Shown here: in pieces, positions 49,467 through 59,526 of the stretch
How positions within the stretch are numbered: the stretch's first letter is position 1
How the letters are laid out: each line of letters opens with the position of its first letter
From: a virus
Taxonomy: Duplodnaviria > Caudoviricetes
IMG/VR virus record: IMGVR_UViG_3300044953_000267
Location: 1-62,568 of that record
Reading direction: 5' to 3' (one strand)
Length of the DNA: 62,568 nt
Translations under genes and position numbers: made by a program
The notes under the pieces: generated by a model
The model's database searches: none
What the model saw: the letters and a program-made list of their open reading frames with translations, nothing else
What the model was told of the DNA's origin: nothing

Positions 49467-50366
49467 TTATATTCCATATGATTGTTGTAAAATTCCATTA
49501 TTAACATAACACTTAGTTATATTCGTTTGATATTGTTTCATTTTATTTATAACCTTGGTTATTTGTTGTGTTTTACACGAACTAATTTCTCGAATATAAA
49601 GATACAATGCTTTTTTATTAAATACATCAATTCTTTCACTATTTCTAAACAATTCTATAACAGCATTAGCTATATTTAAATCTTTTTGCTTTGTAAAAAT
49701 TCTTCCCACGTTTTTTTCCCAATATTCAATCATTAATTTCATGAACTCTGACATTTCTGTGTTCTTATAATACTTATCTTCAACTTGTAAACACACCGCA
49801 GTCTCACTTGGTGTATCACTAATATCTACATTTTGATTAAATCTTTTATAATTATTATTGTTATGAAATATTAAATAATGTTTAGCGATTATACTAAAAT
49901 AGCTAAATGCTTTTCCTTTTCCCGCTTGAAATTTATTAATATTTGCAACTAAATGTGCAACGGTTTCTTTCTGTATTTCTATTGGAGAGTTATCAAAATA
50001 AGTAAATTTAAACGTATTAAAAACATTTTCTACTAATTTTTCAAAACTATATTTTATCTGGTTGTTATAAATATAATTTCTTTTTTCAGAATTTTCTTCT
50101 GAATTATACGATATAATCGCATTTTCAGTATCTTGTGTAAAATACATTGACGATGCAGATACTTTCTTTTCTTTTTTAACTTTTGGTTCTTTAACTTTTT
50201 GAGACTTTGATTCTTTATTTTTAATTACCTTCGGAATATCAATTTGAATTTTTATGTTTTTTGCTTGTTTCTTCGAAATCTTTGTAGACTTCACTCTGGT
50301 CTTTTTAAATTTTTTAATATTAATTTTTGATATTTTTTTATTTTTTATTTTCTTCTTGGTAATCAT
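49467..50366 (-). CDS. Phage sigma factor (T4 gp55-like, region 2) with Lys-rich N-terminal extension
   Basis: YFT..TENAII.YN, KF.AGKGKAFSYFSIIAKHYL region 2.3-2.4 pattern. Confidence 0.7.
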   Translation of the reverse strand: MITKKKIKNKKISKINIKKFKKTRVKSTKISKKQAKNIKIQIDIPKVIKNKESKSQKVKEPKVKKEKKVSASSMYFTQDTENAIISYNSEENSEKRNYIYNNQIKYSFEKLVENVFNTFKFTYFDNSPIEIQKETVAHLVANINKFQAGKGKAFSYFSIIAKHYLIFHNNNNYKRFNQNVDISDTPSETAVCLQVEDKYYKNTEMSEFMKLMIEYWEKNVGRIFTKQKDLNIANAVIELFRNSERIDVFNKKALYLYIREISSCKTQQITKVINKMKQYQTNITKCYVNNGILQQSYGI

Positions 50367-50646
50367 ATTTTGTTTTTATTTTTTCGATCAATGTTAAAAT
50401 ATCAGAAAAAACAAAGCCTACGTCTTCATCTTTTTCAAATATTTGTTTATCATCTACGATTTTTAAATTTTTATAAGTATTTGAAATATCTTCTACAATT
50501 TCTTTAATGATAGAATCCAATTCACTATTTTTATTAGCTAATTCTTCAGTTTTATCAAAAAGATTTAATAATTTTGATCCAAAATAAAAATTTAATATCA
50601 AAGATACTAACAATAATAACCCTAATATAACAATTGTCAATAACAT
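50338..50646 (-). CDS. Small membrane-anchored coiled-coil protein
   Basis: N-terminal TM helix; FEKDEDVGFVF. Confidence 0.65.
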   Translation of the reverse strand: MLLTIVILGLLLLVSLILNFYFGSKLLNLFDKTEELANKNSELDSIIKEIVEDISNTYKNLKIVDDKQIFEKDEDVGFVFSDILTLIEKIKTKYDYQEENKK

Positions 50647-50649
50647 AAT

Positions 50650-50787
50650 TTATTCCTCTTCTTCCTCTTCAACATCCTCTAAAAATTCATTCATATAATC
50701 AATACTATCTTGTACCAGATCCCAATCATTATTTTTAATTGATGTCTTCAACATTTTTATAATTTCTTTAATATAAGATTCTTCCAT
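50650..50787 (-). CDS. Small acidic protein (45 aa)
   Basis: Manual translation MEESYIKEIIKMLKTSIKNNDWDLVQDSIDYMNEFLEDVEEEEEE. Confidence 0.6.
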   Translation of the reverse strand: MEESYIKEIIKMLKTSIKNNDWDLVQDSIDYMNEFLEDVEEEEEE

Positions 50788-50833
50788 ATATTTCAGTAAG
50801 TGTTAAACTGTAATCTAAATATATACGACATTT

Positions 50834-51808
50834 TCAAAAACTAAAAAATCTTTTAGGATATTGTTCAGCAGAAGGTTGTGCGGGAGTTTCCGAAGGAATT
50901 TCGTTAACATTAGTAACTTCTGACGTAACTATATCTTTCGAAACCTCTTCAGATTTAGTTTCTTGATTTATATTTTCTTTTTCTTTTTCTAATATAGACT
51001 CTGGTTTAGTAAAATTAGTTACACTATAATTTTTATTGATTGTTGTATTATATGCCAACAACAAACATATTGCCAATGGATCGAACACAGATATTAATGC
51101 TATAATAAACCATTTTGCTACTTTATTAATATTTACTCCAAATTCATCTGCAACAAATTTAAACGTTTGTAAATCTTTTTTAGACCCAGATTGTATTTTT
51201 AACTGTCCTATTTGACTGTCTAGTTTTTGTAAATCGTCTATAGATAATTGAATCTTTTCATTTTCTTTTTGAATCGAAAGTTCACTTTGATCTATTAATT
51301 CTTTAGTTTGTTCTTGTATTTGTTTTAATTGTACAGGATTTCTTGCAATTAAAATATTGGTCATACTTTGACTTAAACGCGATTCTTGACTATTTCTTAA
51401 CTCGGTTATACTAGAAATTCTCGATTTTGATGAATTAATTTTATCTTTAATAGTTATTTTTTGATCTTCAATTACTTTTATTTTTTCTTGTAACAAACTA
51501 TCTTCTATACTGGATTGTTGATAAGCACTGCTCAAATATCCAAAAATTCCAAGTGAAGTAATTAGCATCAATACAAATATAGCCACAGTTAAATATATTT
51601 TTAAAAATCCTTTTGTTAAAGTCCAGTATCTGTATAGAAAACTTGTCGCAACAAGTTTTCCTAATTCTAATGAACTTGCCATCAACATAGCTGCGATAGA
51701 AGATCCACTAAATAGCATGCCAATACCGACAATACTAAAAAATGCTGCACAGGATGCGATAAACAAAGATGTTAATCCAACTAAATTTTCAAATTTTGTA
51801 AATTTCAT
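50834..51808 (-). CDS. Multi-pass membrane protein with long coiled coil
   Basis: 3 N-terminal TM helices (LELGKLVA, ITSLGIFGYLS), coiled coil, VFDPLAI TM. Confidence 0.7.
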   Translation of the reverse strand: MKFTKFENLVGLTSLFIASCAAFFSIVGIGMLFSGSSIAAMLMASSLELGKLVATSFLYRYWTLTKGFLKIYLTVAIFVLMLITSLGIFGYLSSAYQQSSIEDSLLQEKIKVIEDQKITIKDKINSSKSRISSITELRNSQESRLSQSMTNILIARNPVQLKQIQEQTKELIDQSELSIQKENEKIQLSIDDLQKLDSQIGQLKIQSGSKKDLQTFKFVADEFGVNINKVAKWFIIALISVFDPLAICLLLAYNTTINKNYSVTNFTKPESILEKEKENINQETKSEEVSKDIVTSEVTNVNEIPSETPAQPSAEQYPKRFFSF

Positions 51809-51821
51809 ATTAATAAATATA

Positions 51822-51856
51822 AAACCTCTGTTATTTTTTATATATAACAGAGGTTT
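51822..51856 (-). terminator. Terminator after Hsp20
   Basis: AAACCTCTGTTAT...ATAACAGAGGTTT inverted repeat. Confidence 0.7.
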
Positions 51857-51879
51857 ACTATAACCTTTATTTATTTGTT

Positions 51880-52365
51880 TTACTTAATAGGTATCTTTTT
51901 TGCTACTTGTTTTTCATTCGACGGTTTTATTTTAAACAATGTAACAGTTAATATACCATTTTCAAATTTTGCATCTATATTTTCTTTAGCTAAATTATCT
52001 GCTAATGTAAAACTTCGACGAAACGAAGAATGTTTTAGTTCTTTATAAATTAATTTTCCAAACTCGTCTTTTTGTTCTTTTTTACGTTTATTTCCACTTA
52101 TAACTAAAATATTTTCAAGAACTTCTACATTGACATCTTCTCTCGGTAACCCCGGTATTTCAGCTTCAATTACTATACGATCATTGTAATCAGTAATATC
52201 TACCTTTGGATATGATCCTTTTTCGAAAAAATCAACACCAAAATCTTGGGTGAAGTTAGGAGAGTTTGCTTTGAAGAATTCATCAAAAATTCTATCAAAT
52301 GGAGTTAAAAATTCTTCTCTTTGAAGAAGATTATACATCGGTGTTTTATATTTAATAATACTCAT
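51880..52365 (-). CDS. Small heat-shock protein (Hsp20/alpha-crystallin)
   Basis: PKVDI, AEIPG, SFRRSFTL, AKFENGILTV; likely start ATG 52365. Confidence 0.93.
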   Translation of the reverse strand: MSIIKYKTPMYNLLQREEFLTPFDRIFDEFFKANSPNFTQDFGVDFFEKGSYPKVDITDYNDRIVIEAEIPGLPREDVNVEVLENILVISGNKRKKEQKDEFGKLIYKELKHSSFRRSFTLADNLAKENIDAKFENGILTVTLFKIKPSNEKQVAKKIPIK

Positions 52366-52482
52366 ATTTTTTTCTAAATAGCTTATTAAGCCTATTTTCA
52401 TATATCTCATTTTGAGCATATATGGATGATTTTAATATCATCATCTATTATATATAGCAAAAAAATTATTTTTCAATTTTTT

Positions 52483-53412
52483 TTATTCAATTGGATTTGG
52501 TGGAGGTAAATTTTTTTTAGTATACTCACTAATAGTTCTATTTTTAAAGTTTATGCCTGCATATATTTCATACTCATGTAAAGATCTAATATTGCCAAAT
52601 CCATATTTGCCTATATTTTCATTATTTTCAAACAATTGCTTGTATCGATTCATAGACTTTTTATCCAAATCATACCAATTATATTTACTTTTATTAATAA
52701 TTTTATTGTGATCTTCCCAATGCTTGTGTCTATAAGCTCTATCATATTGATGCCATCCTATAATTTTATGCGGGTGATATAAATCATAGCCATGAGTAAA
52801 TGCTCGTACTCCTATGTTTGTTTCTTCACCAAAAAAATAGTAATTAGGATCATATGGAACTTTCTTAATAAAATCACCATCTACAAACGCAAAATGTCCA
52901 CTAAAAAAACGAGATGGAACAGGATATTTAATATTTTTTATATTTGGAATTTGTTCGGGAACAAAAAACAATGGTCCTTCATCCAAAAACTTTTCCAAAT
53001 TCATCTGCCATACTTCTTTTTTATAAATCTTTTTACACGAATCAAAATGTGGCAAATATGCTGTTAATAAAGGATTGGAACTTCCTAAACTTTTACATTG
53101 ATCATATAACTTATATAGTTTTGTATCCCACCCTTTTACAAATCTATGATGTGAATCTAATTGCAATATAAAATCTTCATCTTTATATTCTTTTTGTATC
53201 AAACTTCTTGCCCAACAAACACCTTTACTTTCGTTATACGGTATATCAATGTACTTGATATATTTTTTAATAGGTAAAATAGATTCATTAGAATCATGTT
53301 GCCATGCAACAACAATTCGTAGTCGTTTTGGATAATCTGCATTTTTTATTAAATCTAATACAGTTGGTATTAGTTGTGGATCTCTATAACTTGCGATTTG
53401 TACAAATATCAT
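52483..53412 (-). CDS. GT60-like glycosyltransferase (polypeptide/hydroxyproline GlcNAc-transferase family)
   Basis: IFVQIASYRDP, SKGVCWAR, LQLDSHHRF, FFGEE....R.FTHGYD. Confidence 0.8.
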   Translation of the reverse strand: MIFVQIASYRDPQLIPTVLDLIKNADYPKRLRIVVAWQHDSNESILPIKKYIKYIDIPYNESKGVCWARSLIQKEYKDEDFILQLDSHHRFVKGWDTKLYKLYDQCKSLGSSNPLLTAYLPHFDSCKKIYKKEVWQMNLEKFLDEGPLFFVPEQIPNIKNIKYPVPSRFFSGHFAFVDGDFIKKVPYDPNYYFFGEETNIGVRAFTHGYDLYHPHKIIGWHQYDRAYRHKHWEDHNKIINKSKYNWYDLDKKSMNRYKQLFENNENIGKYGFGNIRSLHEYEIYAGINFKNRTISEYTKKNLPPPNPIE

Positions 53413-53435
53413 GGATATAACACATAAATTTATCT

Positions 53436-54839
53436 TTAATACATATTTTGAGTTACCACAGCGTATATAACTGTATTATTTTTTGCACCAGATCCTTTTG
53501 GTCCTAGATTCGATGTATTTACTGAATAAAAAGTGAAAAAATCTGCACGAGCTGCATTTCCAGTAGAGATAGCCGGTTGACTTCCATTTTTCCAAACGAT
53601 AGGACAATCAAACGTTTCTCCACTGCTGCTTAAAAAGGATCCTGTAAAATAAATTTTACCATTCCACGAACCATTATTCTCATATGCTTGATTGACTATT
53701 ACGTTTAAATGAGTACCCTGACTCATTGTTATAGATGCGGTTCCGTCATTTTGGAGTTCAATATACTTTGTTGCGTAATTTTCCGAGTTCAAACTGATAA
53801 CTTGTCCCTGTTGTGTAATTGCAAGATAGGAATCACTCTTTAACTTTAATCCTCCGTTAACTTCTAATCTTCCTCCCATGTAAGTTTTACCACTACTACT
53901 TACACAAAAAGTAACATTATTTGTTGATCCACTACCATAATATACTTCAATCGCTTTGTGTAAATGATCAACAGTAGGATTTGCACTACTTCCACTATAA
54001 ATCTGAATCATTAATCTTGATTCGTGATTTTCTGAACTGGAATCAACACCGATATTAAATGTACCATCTTTTGAAATACTTTGCACTCCTGCCAATGGCC
54101 AGAAATAAAATCCGTTTGAACGCATTCGCATTACTCTTAAAATACCATATGCAAGATTATCTGCTGTATAATCTTTTCCTCCAAATGTCCAATTATTAGA
54201 TCCTGTATATGATATCCATTCAAATGAACCTCTTCCCCAACTTGCACTTAATGGACTTCCAAATGTATAATAATAACCATCTGCTCCTACTGTAAATATC
54301 ATTGCATCTGATGCAGTTGTAAGACTATCTAAAATTAACGAACTATTAAAAGTTGAACTAACTTGTATAATCGGTTGTGAATTTCCATAAACACGCAAAT
54401 ATTTATTTGTACCATGTACTTGAAAATTATCTGTAGAAATATTGCTACTACTTACAGAAGAATAATACATGCTCGCATCTGTCAAACTATTTGCAGAGTT
54501 CCACTTTGTAAAATATTGTGCTGTACCAGTTCCAATTAGTCCTCCTGCATTTTGTGCATAACTTGCAGATAATGCATAACTAGCACTATTAACAGTACCA
54601 ACTACTCTTGAACCAGTAACAAATGATGCAGTCAATGCATTATTAGCCCAACTAGAAGTACCTGTTAATGTTCCAATAAAACTTCCCGTAAAACTACCAG
54701 TGCTCAAAAAAGATTGTAATGAAGATATAGGTGCTCTGTGTGTAGTTAAACTACTACTCTTATTTACAGGAAAATAATCACTGCTAGTAATTGTTCCTAC
54801 AAATTCATTTAATTCACTTATTTTTACACTTGTTGACAT
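53436..54839 (-). CDS. Tail fibre/receptor-binding-like virion protein
   Basis: VKISEL N-terminus; TGSFTGS, TSSWA, SASYA repeats. Confidence 0.65.
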   Translation of the reverse strand: MSTSVKISELNEFVGTITSSDYFPVNKSSSLTTHRAPISSLQSFLSTGSFTGSFIGTLTGTSSWANNALTASFVTGSRVVGTVNSASYALSASYAQNAGGLIGTGTAQYFTKWNSANSLTDASMYYSSVSSSNISTDNFQVHGTNKYLRVYGNSQPIIQVSSTFNSSLILDSLTTASDAMIFTVGADGYYYTFGSPLSASWGRGSFEWISYTGSNNWTFGGKDYTADNLAYGILRVMRMRSNGFYFWPLAGVQSISKDGTFNIGVDSSSENHESRLMIQIYSGSSANPTVDHLHKAIEVYYGSGSTNNVTFCVSSSGKTYMGGRLEVNGGLKLKSDSYLAITQQGQVISLNSENYATKYIELQNDGTASITMSQGTHLNVIVNQAYENNGSWNGKIYFTGSFLSSSGETFDCPIVWKNGSQPAISTGNAARADFFTFYSVNTSNLGPKGSGAKNNTVIYAVVTQNMY

Positions 54840-54850
54840 ATTATTTTAAA

Positions 54851-56626
54851 TTAAGTTAATCCTACACATGGTGATTTTCCTACAATTCCTAATTGAACTT
54901 CTCCATTACCTCTAGTAATATATGACCAATACTTTTCATCTCCGGTAGTAGTATCATACTCTAAAGAAAATTGTGGATCCCAGTCATTATCATATGTAAA
55001 ATCTTTGTACGATTGTATTACAACTGCTTTTTCGTAATTTAATTGGCTAAATCTAGTTGCATCGGGTTGTTGAAACCACTCTCCTATATTAGCAGAATTG
55101 TATCCATTTATATTAAATACGTGACATGCACCACATCCAGATGTAATTAAATATAATCTTTTCTTAATAGGATTATAATTCGTAGAAAAAATATACTGAT
55201 TTTTATATGCTTCAAGTTTATAAAACGCTGCCCAGTTTGTAATATTTGCTTGAGCAGCAGAACCTATTAAATTCATCGGATATGAATTGTGAAGTGCTTG
55301 GTATGTATAAGTTGTTCCATTATAATAGATTTTATACATTTGCATGCCACTTAATGTACCCCTATTGACTCTACTTGCCATCATATAAAATGTAGGATTA
55401 GTAGTAGTTGCATTATTATCATTTTGATTTGCAGTTGTATTTACATATACACAACGTAATCCTTGCCAAGCTGCTCCTATGCTTCTACTAATTGCAGTTG
55501 GTGTACTAGATATATTGCTCAATACATTTATAAAACCACTAGCATCACCATATACAATACGGTCTATATTTCCTCCAAGACCTTTAGCATCGTCATATTT
55601 TTGAATTGAAAAAAATCCACCTATTGCAAGATCACTAGGATAACGATCATATACAAATTCAATATCATGATTTACTTGATCTTGTCTAATAATTTGACAG
55701 TACCATTGAGATCCTAATCCTTTATAAGATGCTATATAATGATAATCGCCATATGTAATACTACCTAACGGATCTTTGATATTGAATGATTGTGCAGAAG
55801 TAACTCCATATGTAGTTGTTGCGTTTGCAGTTTGTGCATAAACTGCATAACTAGCAGTTAAACTATAACTTGCTGATGCAGCGTTACTCGAACTAAATGA
55901 ATAACTTGATGTTCTAGCATTTGATGCAGATCTAGCGTTAGTTGCGTAAGATGATGTGCCTAGAAATCCAACTTCGTTTACTACACTTGATGTAAAACTA
56001 GAAGCAGATATAGACCCACTCAATGTTAATAAAGAGACAGTTCCTGTTACTGAATCTGGTTGAAATGTAAATGAGCTTTTTCCATTGAATAAGCCAACAG
56101 GATCATGATATTGAACTGAATATTGACTTCCTCCCGGACTTACAGTACTGCCGCTTATACCTGATAATGTAACTATAATATTATTACTTTCAACATCTTC
56201 ACTGACTGTCACACCACCTGTTCCAGTAATATTTTTAAAAGTCAAATTTGGTCCGTTTCCGTTTGCTACAACAGATCCGCCTCCAACACCTACACTTTCA
56301 GCAGTTACACTCAACGAATTTAATGCATAGCTAGAAGTCTTAGCATAACTTGAACTTCTTGAATTAACTGACCAACTACTTGTTCCTAAAAAACCAACTT
56401 CATTGACCACACTAGAGGTAAAACTGGAACCAGATACGGAGCCAGAAAAAGTAAAATTGCTGCCATTTTTATTTATACCTAAAGTTGAAACAGTGTATGC
56501 TCCAAAATCTCCCGCTGTTATTTTTTTAGTTTCCTGATGTGTTAAATCTGTTATATAAAGCAAATCAGTAGACTGTACTTCAGCGGTGGTATATGCATTT
56601 AAATCTGTAATTATTTTGCTGGCCAT
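54851..56626 (-). CDS. Tail fibre/receptor-binding-like virion protein
   Basis: KIITDL..ETKKIT N-terminus; SSYA repeats; PGGS..SVQY linker; internal duplication. Confidence 0.65.
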   Translation of the reverse strand: MASKIITDLNAYTTAEVQSTDLLYITDLTHQETKKITAGDFGAYTVSTLGINKNGSNFTFSGSVSGSSFTSSVVNEVGFLGTSSWSVNSRSSSYAKTSSYALNSLSVTAESVGVGGGSVVANGNGPNLTFKNITGTGGVTVSEDVESNNIIVTLSGISGSTVSPGGSQYSVQYHDPVGLFNGKSSFTFQPDSVTGTVSLLTLSGSISASSFTSSVVNEVGFLGTSSYATNARSASNARTSSYSFSSSNAASASYSLTASYAVYAQTANATTTYGVTSAQSFNIKDPLGSITYGDYHYIASYKGLGSQWYCQIIRQDQVNHDIEFVYDRYPSDLAIGGFFSIQKYDDAKGLGGNIDRIVYGDASGFINVLSNISSTPTAISRSIGAAWQGLRCVYVNTTANQNDNNATTTNPTFYMMASRVNRGTLSGMQMYKIYYNGTTYTYQALHNSYPMNLIGSAAQANITNWAAFYKLEAYKNQYIFSTNYNPIKKRLYLITSGCGACHVFNINGYNSANIGEWFQQPDATRFSQLNYEKAVVIQSYKDFTYDNDWDPQFSLEYDTTTGDEKYWSYITRGNGEVQLGIVGKSPCVGLT

Positions 56627-56652
56627 ATTTCATTAATATATATAAATATACA

Positions 56653-57390
56653 TCATTTTAAATTTTTTATTTTTTTAATAATATATTTTACCAAACCGCT
56701 TCTTACAATATCGTCTTCTGTAAATTTAAATGTAAAAATACCATTTTGGCGACTTTCTTCATCATCAAAATGATTCATCATCTTTAAAAATCCACTTTTA
56801 CCACCAATATCAGCTTGATCTGGATCTCCAAGTACAAAAACTTTGCTAAATTCACCAATTCTGGTAATTAAAGTTACTAGTTCTTTTTGTGTCATATTTT
56901 GAGATTCATCTGCTACGATACACTTAGCATTCCAGTTTAATCCTCTCAAAAATCCTATAGGAACACTACTTATACGACCGTCTTTTTCCAAAACATCTAC
57001 TTCACGCTTTGGTAATAACTCAGATAACTTTTCTAATAATGGTTGTATATATGGTTCCATTTTTTCATCGGCTTCTCCCGGAAGAAATCCAATTTTACTA
57101 TCACTGCTTTCAACTGCACTTCTTAAATACAATAAATCACTGACTTTCTTTTGATTTAATAACATTAATGCCACATAAATACTTACATAAGTTTTACTAG
57201 TTCCCGCAGGACCGCTGATAAAAATTAATTTTGTATTTTTATCAAGTGCAAGTTCAATAAATTTTTTTTGCTTTTCTGTAAACTCCTTTCTTACTGTTAT
57301 ATTTAATTCATTTTTAATTTTTTCCTTTTGTGGTATAACTGGACTAGTGTCTTTTTTATTTTTTTTATTTTTTTTATTTTTCATGCGCAT
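56653..57390 (-). CDS. phoH: PhoH-like ATPase
   Basis: GPAGTSKT, IGFLPG, FLRG, DESQN, GDPDQ.D, DIVRS; start may be 57384. Confidence 0.93.
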   Translation of the reverse strand: MRMKNKKNKKNKKDTSPVIPQKEKIKNELNITVRKEFTEKQKKFIELALDKNTKLIFISGPAGTSKTYVSIYVALMLLNQKKVSDLLYLRSAVESSDSKIGFLPGEADEKMEPYIQPLLEKLSELLPKREVDVLEKDGRISSVPIGFLRGLNWNAKCIVADESQNMTQKELVTLITRIGEFSKVFVLGDPDQADIGGKSGFLKMMNHFDDEESRQNGIFTFKFTEDDIVRSGLVKYIIKKIKNLK

Positions 57391-57721
57391 TTAATTTATA
57401 TGTAATTACGTTTAGTTTGTTTTCCAGACTTTTAACTCGTTTACACAATTCATATTTTTCAGTTTCAATATAATATTTATAAACATTTTCTAAATTATGC
57501 TTGAAATGATCATATGATAATATAACAACAAAGTCTGAACTTTTAAATTTAAAAACTTCTACGACCTGTAAATTTTTTTCTAATGCATATTCGATTGATG
57601 TAACCACTTGTTCTGTCATTGTCGTTTTATTATTGATTATAAACGAATTCATCTCTTTGAAATTAGATGGCAAAACATAAGGAGTATATACGACTTTTTT
57701 GGTTTTAATTTTTTTTGTCAT
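57374..57721 (-). CDS. Hypothetical protein
   Basis: Likely start ATG 57721 (MTKKIK), preceded by TATTTATT; E.EKYELC C-terminus. Confidence 0.6.
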   Translation of the reverse strand: MTKKIKTKKVVYTPYVLPSNFKEMNSFIINNKTTMTEQVVTSIEYALEKNLQVVEVFKFKSSDFVVILSYDHFKHNLENVYKYYIETEKYELCKRVKSLENKLNVITYKLNAHEK

Positions 57722-57761
57722 ACACAAATAAATAGAAGAAAGTAAAATACAAAAACAAAAA

Positions 57762-57790
57762 AACGTCATTGATTTTATGTCAATGACGTT
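57762..57790 (-). terminator. Intrinsic terminator
   Basis: AACGTCATTGA-N7-TCAATGACGTT, followed by U-tract on minus strand. Confidence 0.75.
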
Positions 57791-57821
57791 AAGTTTTTAT
57801 ATATCTGTATATATTATATTT

Positions 57822-58073
57822 TTACTTTTTCTTTTTTGTGAAAACAACCTTCTTTTGTTTCTTTGCCTTAACTGGCTTTGCTTCAGTCTTAACTTCTTTC
57901 TTTTGAACACCAGTGGCAATTTCTGTCAATCTACGTTTGGCAGTGTTATTCCATCGTGATCTTGTTCTGTAATCTACTTGTTCAAACGTCTTTCTTAAAC
58001 TAAGCAACTTATTAATTTCATCTGACGTTGTTGCATTCGCAATTTGCTCTCTCAAACCATGTGTATTATTCAT
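57822..58073 (-). CDS. Small basic hypothetical protein
   Basis: Intact ORF, Lys-rich tail. Confidence 0.6.
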   Translation of the reverse strand: MNNTHGLREQIANATTSDEINKLLSLRKTFEQVDYRTRSRWNNTAKRRLTEIATGVQKKEVKTEAKPVKAKKQKKVVFTKKKK

Positions 58074-58075
58074 AA

Positions 58076-58297
58076 TTAATAAACCTTATGCTTCTTTTCG
58101 TTATATTCTTCAACAACAATTTTAGTTCCATCCGGCCAACGAGAAATAATTTTCTTCCAATGTTCAACTTCATCAGAAGCAGATTCAATAGAATCATAAT
58201 CCTTCTCACTGACACGAACACCACTGCGAGTAACAACATACTTCTTTTTAGAGGCAGTTCCAACATTATTTTCTTGCTTACCAACTTTGGTTGTCAT
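58076..58297 (-). CDS. Hypothetical protein
   Basis: Intact ORF, abuts next gene. Confidence 0.65.
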   Translation of the reverse strand: MTTKVGKQENNVGTASKKKYVVTRSGVRVSEKDYDSIESASDEVEHWKKIISRWPDGTKIVVEEYNEKKHKVY

Positions 58298-58359
58298 ATA
58301 TATTACACTTTTTATTGTTTATATTATTTGGTTTTGAGTAAAAAATACATGATAACCAG

Positions 58360-58626
58360 TCATGTATTTAAATTTTTTTCTAAATAAGACAGAAGTTCTT
58401 TCGCCTTATCCTTGTTTAAGACTACCATATCAGTATATGGATGTCCAGTTTTTATAAAATGCCAGATACATCTCAACTTATCAGTCCAAGAAGTATATCT
58501 TCCTTCAAATCCTCTTTCATACATACTAATGTAAAATTCATCTTCGTTTACATCTTTTTCAAAAAGTAATCCGTGACTATAACAGTCGCACATTATAAAT
58601 ATATCTTTTTTAGATTGATTATTCAT
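58360..58626 (-). CDS. Hypothetical protein
   Basis: CDC..H motif; ATGA overlap. Confidence 0.6.
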   Translation of the reverse strand: MNNQSKKDIFIMCDCYSHGLLFEKDVNEDEFYISMYERGFEGRYTSWTDKLRCIWHFIKTGHPYTDMVVLNKDKAKELLSYLEKNLNT

Positions 58627-59072
58627 TCTATTATTCTACATTTTTCTTTTTTTATTGGGTGTAGTGCAACACTTTCATAATAAAAATATTGCATTTGATC
58701 AAATGTTTGATTATAAACTTTTACTCCTCCTCTTGGAAAAGAGGGCTTACCAGCATCAATATATTCTACAAAATATATTTTATAAAATGTGGGATATTTA
58801 GCAACTATAACTCTTGATCCAGTGTCAGTATCTTTACTTATTTTTTTATCAGACGGAATGTTTGCAAAAACAAGATGACATACAGTAGATGGAGGAAACA
58901 CTTTATTGATTGGTCGAAATACATTTGTTATTTCTGTTTGTTCCAATTCTTCCTCAGAGATGTCTGGTTTTTTTGATGTCGATACTTTTTTCTTTTTAAC
59001 ATCAGAGTCTAATATCTCATGTTTAATTTTAGTTTTTGCGACATTTTTAATACTGGATTTCTTTTTACGCAT
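58623..59072 (-). CDS. Hypothetical protein
   Basis: Intact ORF in tight operon. Confidence 0.6.
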   Translation of the reverse strand: MRKKKSSIKNVAKTKIKHEILDSDVKKKKVSTSKKPDISEEELEQTEITNVFRPINKVFPPSTVCHLVFANIPSDKKISKDTDTGSRVIVAKYPTFYKIYFVEYIDAGKPSFPRGGVKVYNQTFDQMQYFYYESVALHPIKKEKCRIIE

Positions 59073-59073
59073 A

Positions 59074-59247
59074 TTAGTCTATTGAGTTATAACAGTTTTT
59101 ACATAATTGTCCGGCTCCCTCAATATAACCATATCTCTCTGATACATCTTTAGTTAAAGGAATATTAGTTTCGACTTTACAAACAATACATTTTTCAAAT
59201 TGAATTACTTCAAAGTCATTTTCTTTTTTAATAATTGTATTATTCAT
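59074..59247 (-). CDS. Small Zn-ribbon protein (57 aa)
   Basis: Manual translation MNNTII...EKCIVCKVET...YIEGAGQLCKNCYNSID. Confidence 0.65.
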   Translation of the reverse strand: MNNTIIKKENDFEVIQFEKCIVCKVETNIPLTKDVSERYGYIEGAGQLCKNCYNSID

Positions 59248-59250
59248 AAT

Positions 59251-59511
59251 TTATTCAACTTGTTTAGTATACATTACTTTCCCCTCAGATGTATAGTACG
59301 CTCTATATACAGTCTCAACAATATTAGTAGTTTGTGTTACATTTGTTGATTGTTTTGAATATTCTATGTAGTCATTCATTATTCTTTTAATTTTACCTTC
59401 TTTTGCGACTTCGTTCAACGCAGGTTCGTAACTGTATCTAAGTATAGTACAACCAGATTGAGTAAGCAATCAAAAAAGTAACCAACAATTTATTAATTTT
59501 TTTATTTCCAT
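59251..59511 (-). pseudogene. Putative lipoprotein with in-frame TGA in the signal peptide (59470-59472)
   Basis: From ATG 59511: MEIKKLINCWLLF*LLTQSGC..., in frame with track ORF 59251..59469. Confidence 0.55.
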
Positions 59512-59526
59512 ATTATATAATTCATA

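Noticed and set aside
58066-58284. Alternative-frame minus ORFs 58066..58284 and 13275..13538
   Set aside because: They are nested in better ORFs (58076..58297; 12262..14568) and have atypical L/M-rich composition
7532-59472. Genome-wide TGA=Trp/Gly recoding suggested by two in-frame TGAs
   Set aside because: TGA is a genuine stop in many genes, including ATGA stop/start overlaps (4722, 5969, 20132, 42917, 58623), and core genes are intact in code 11
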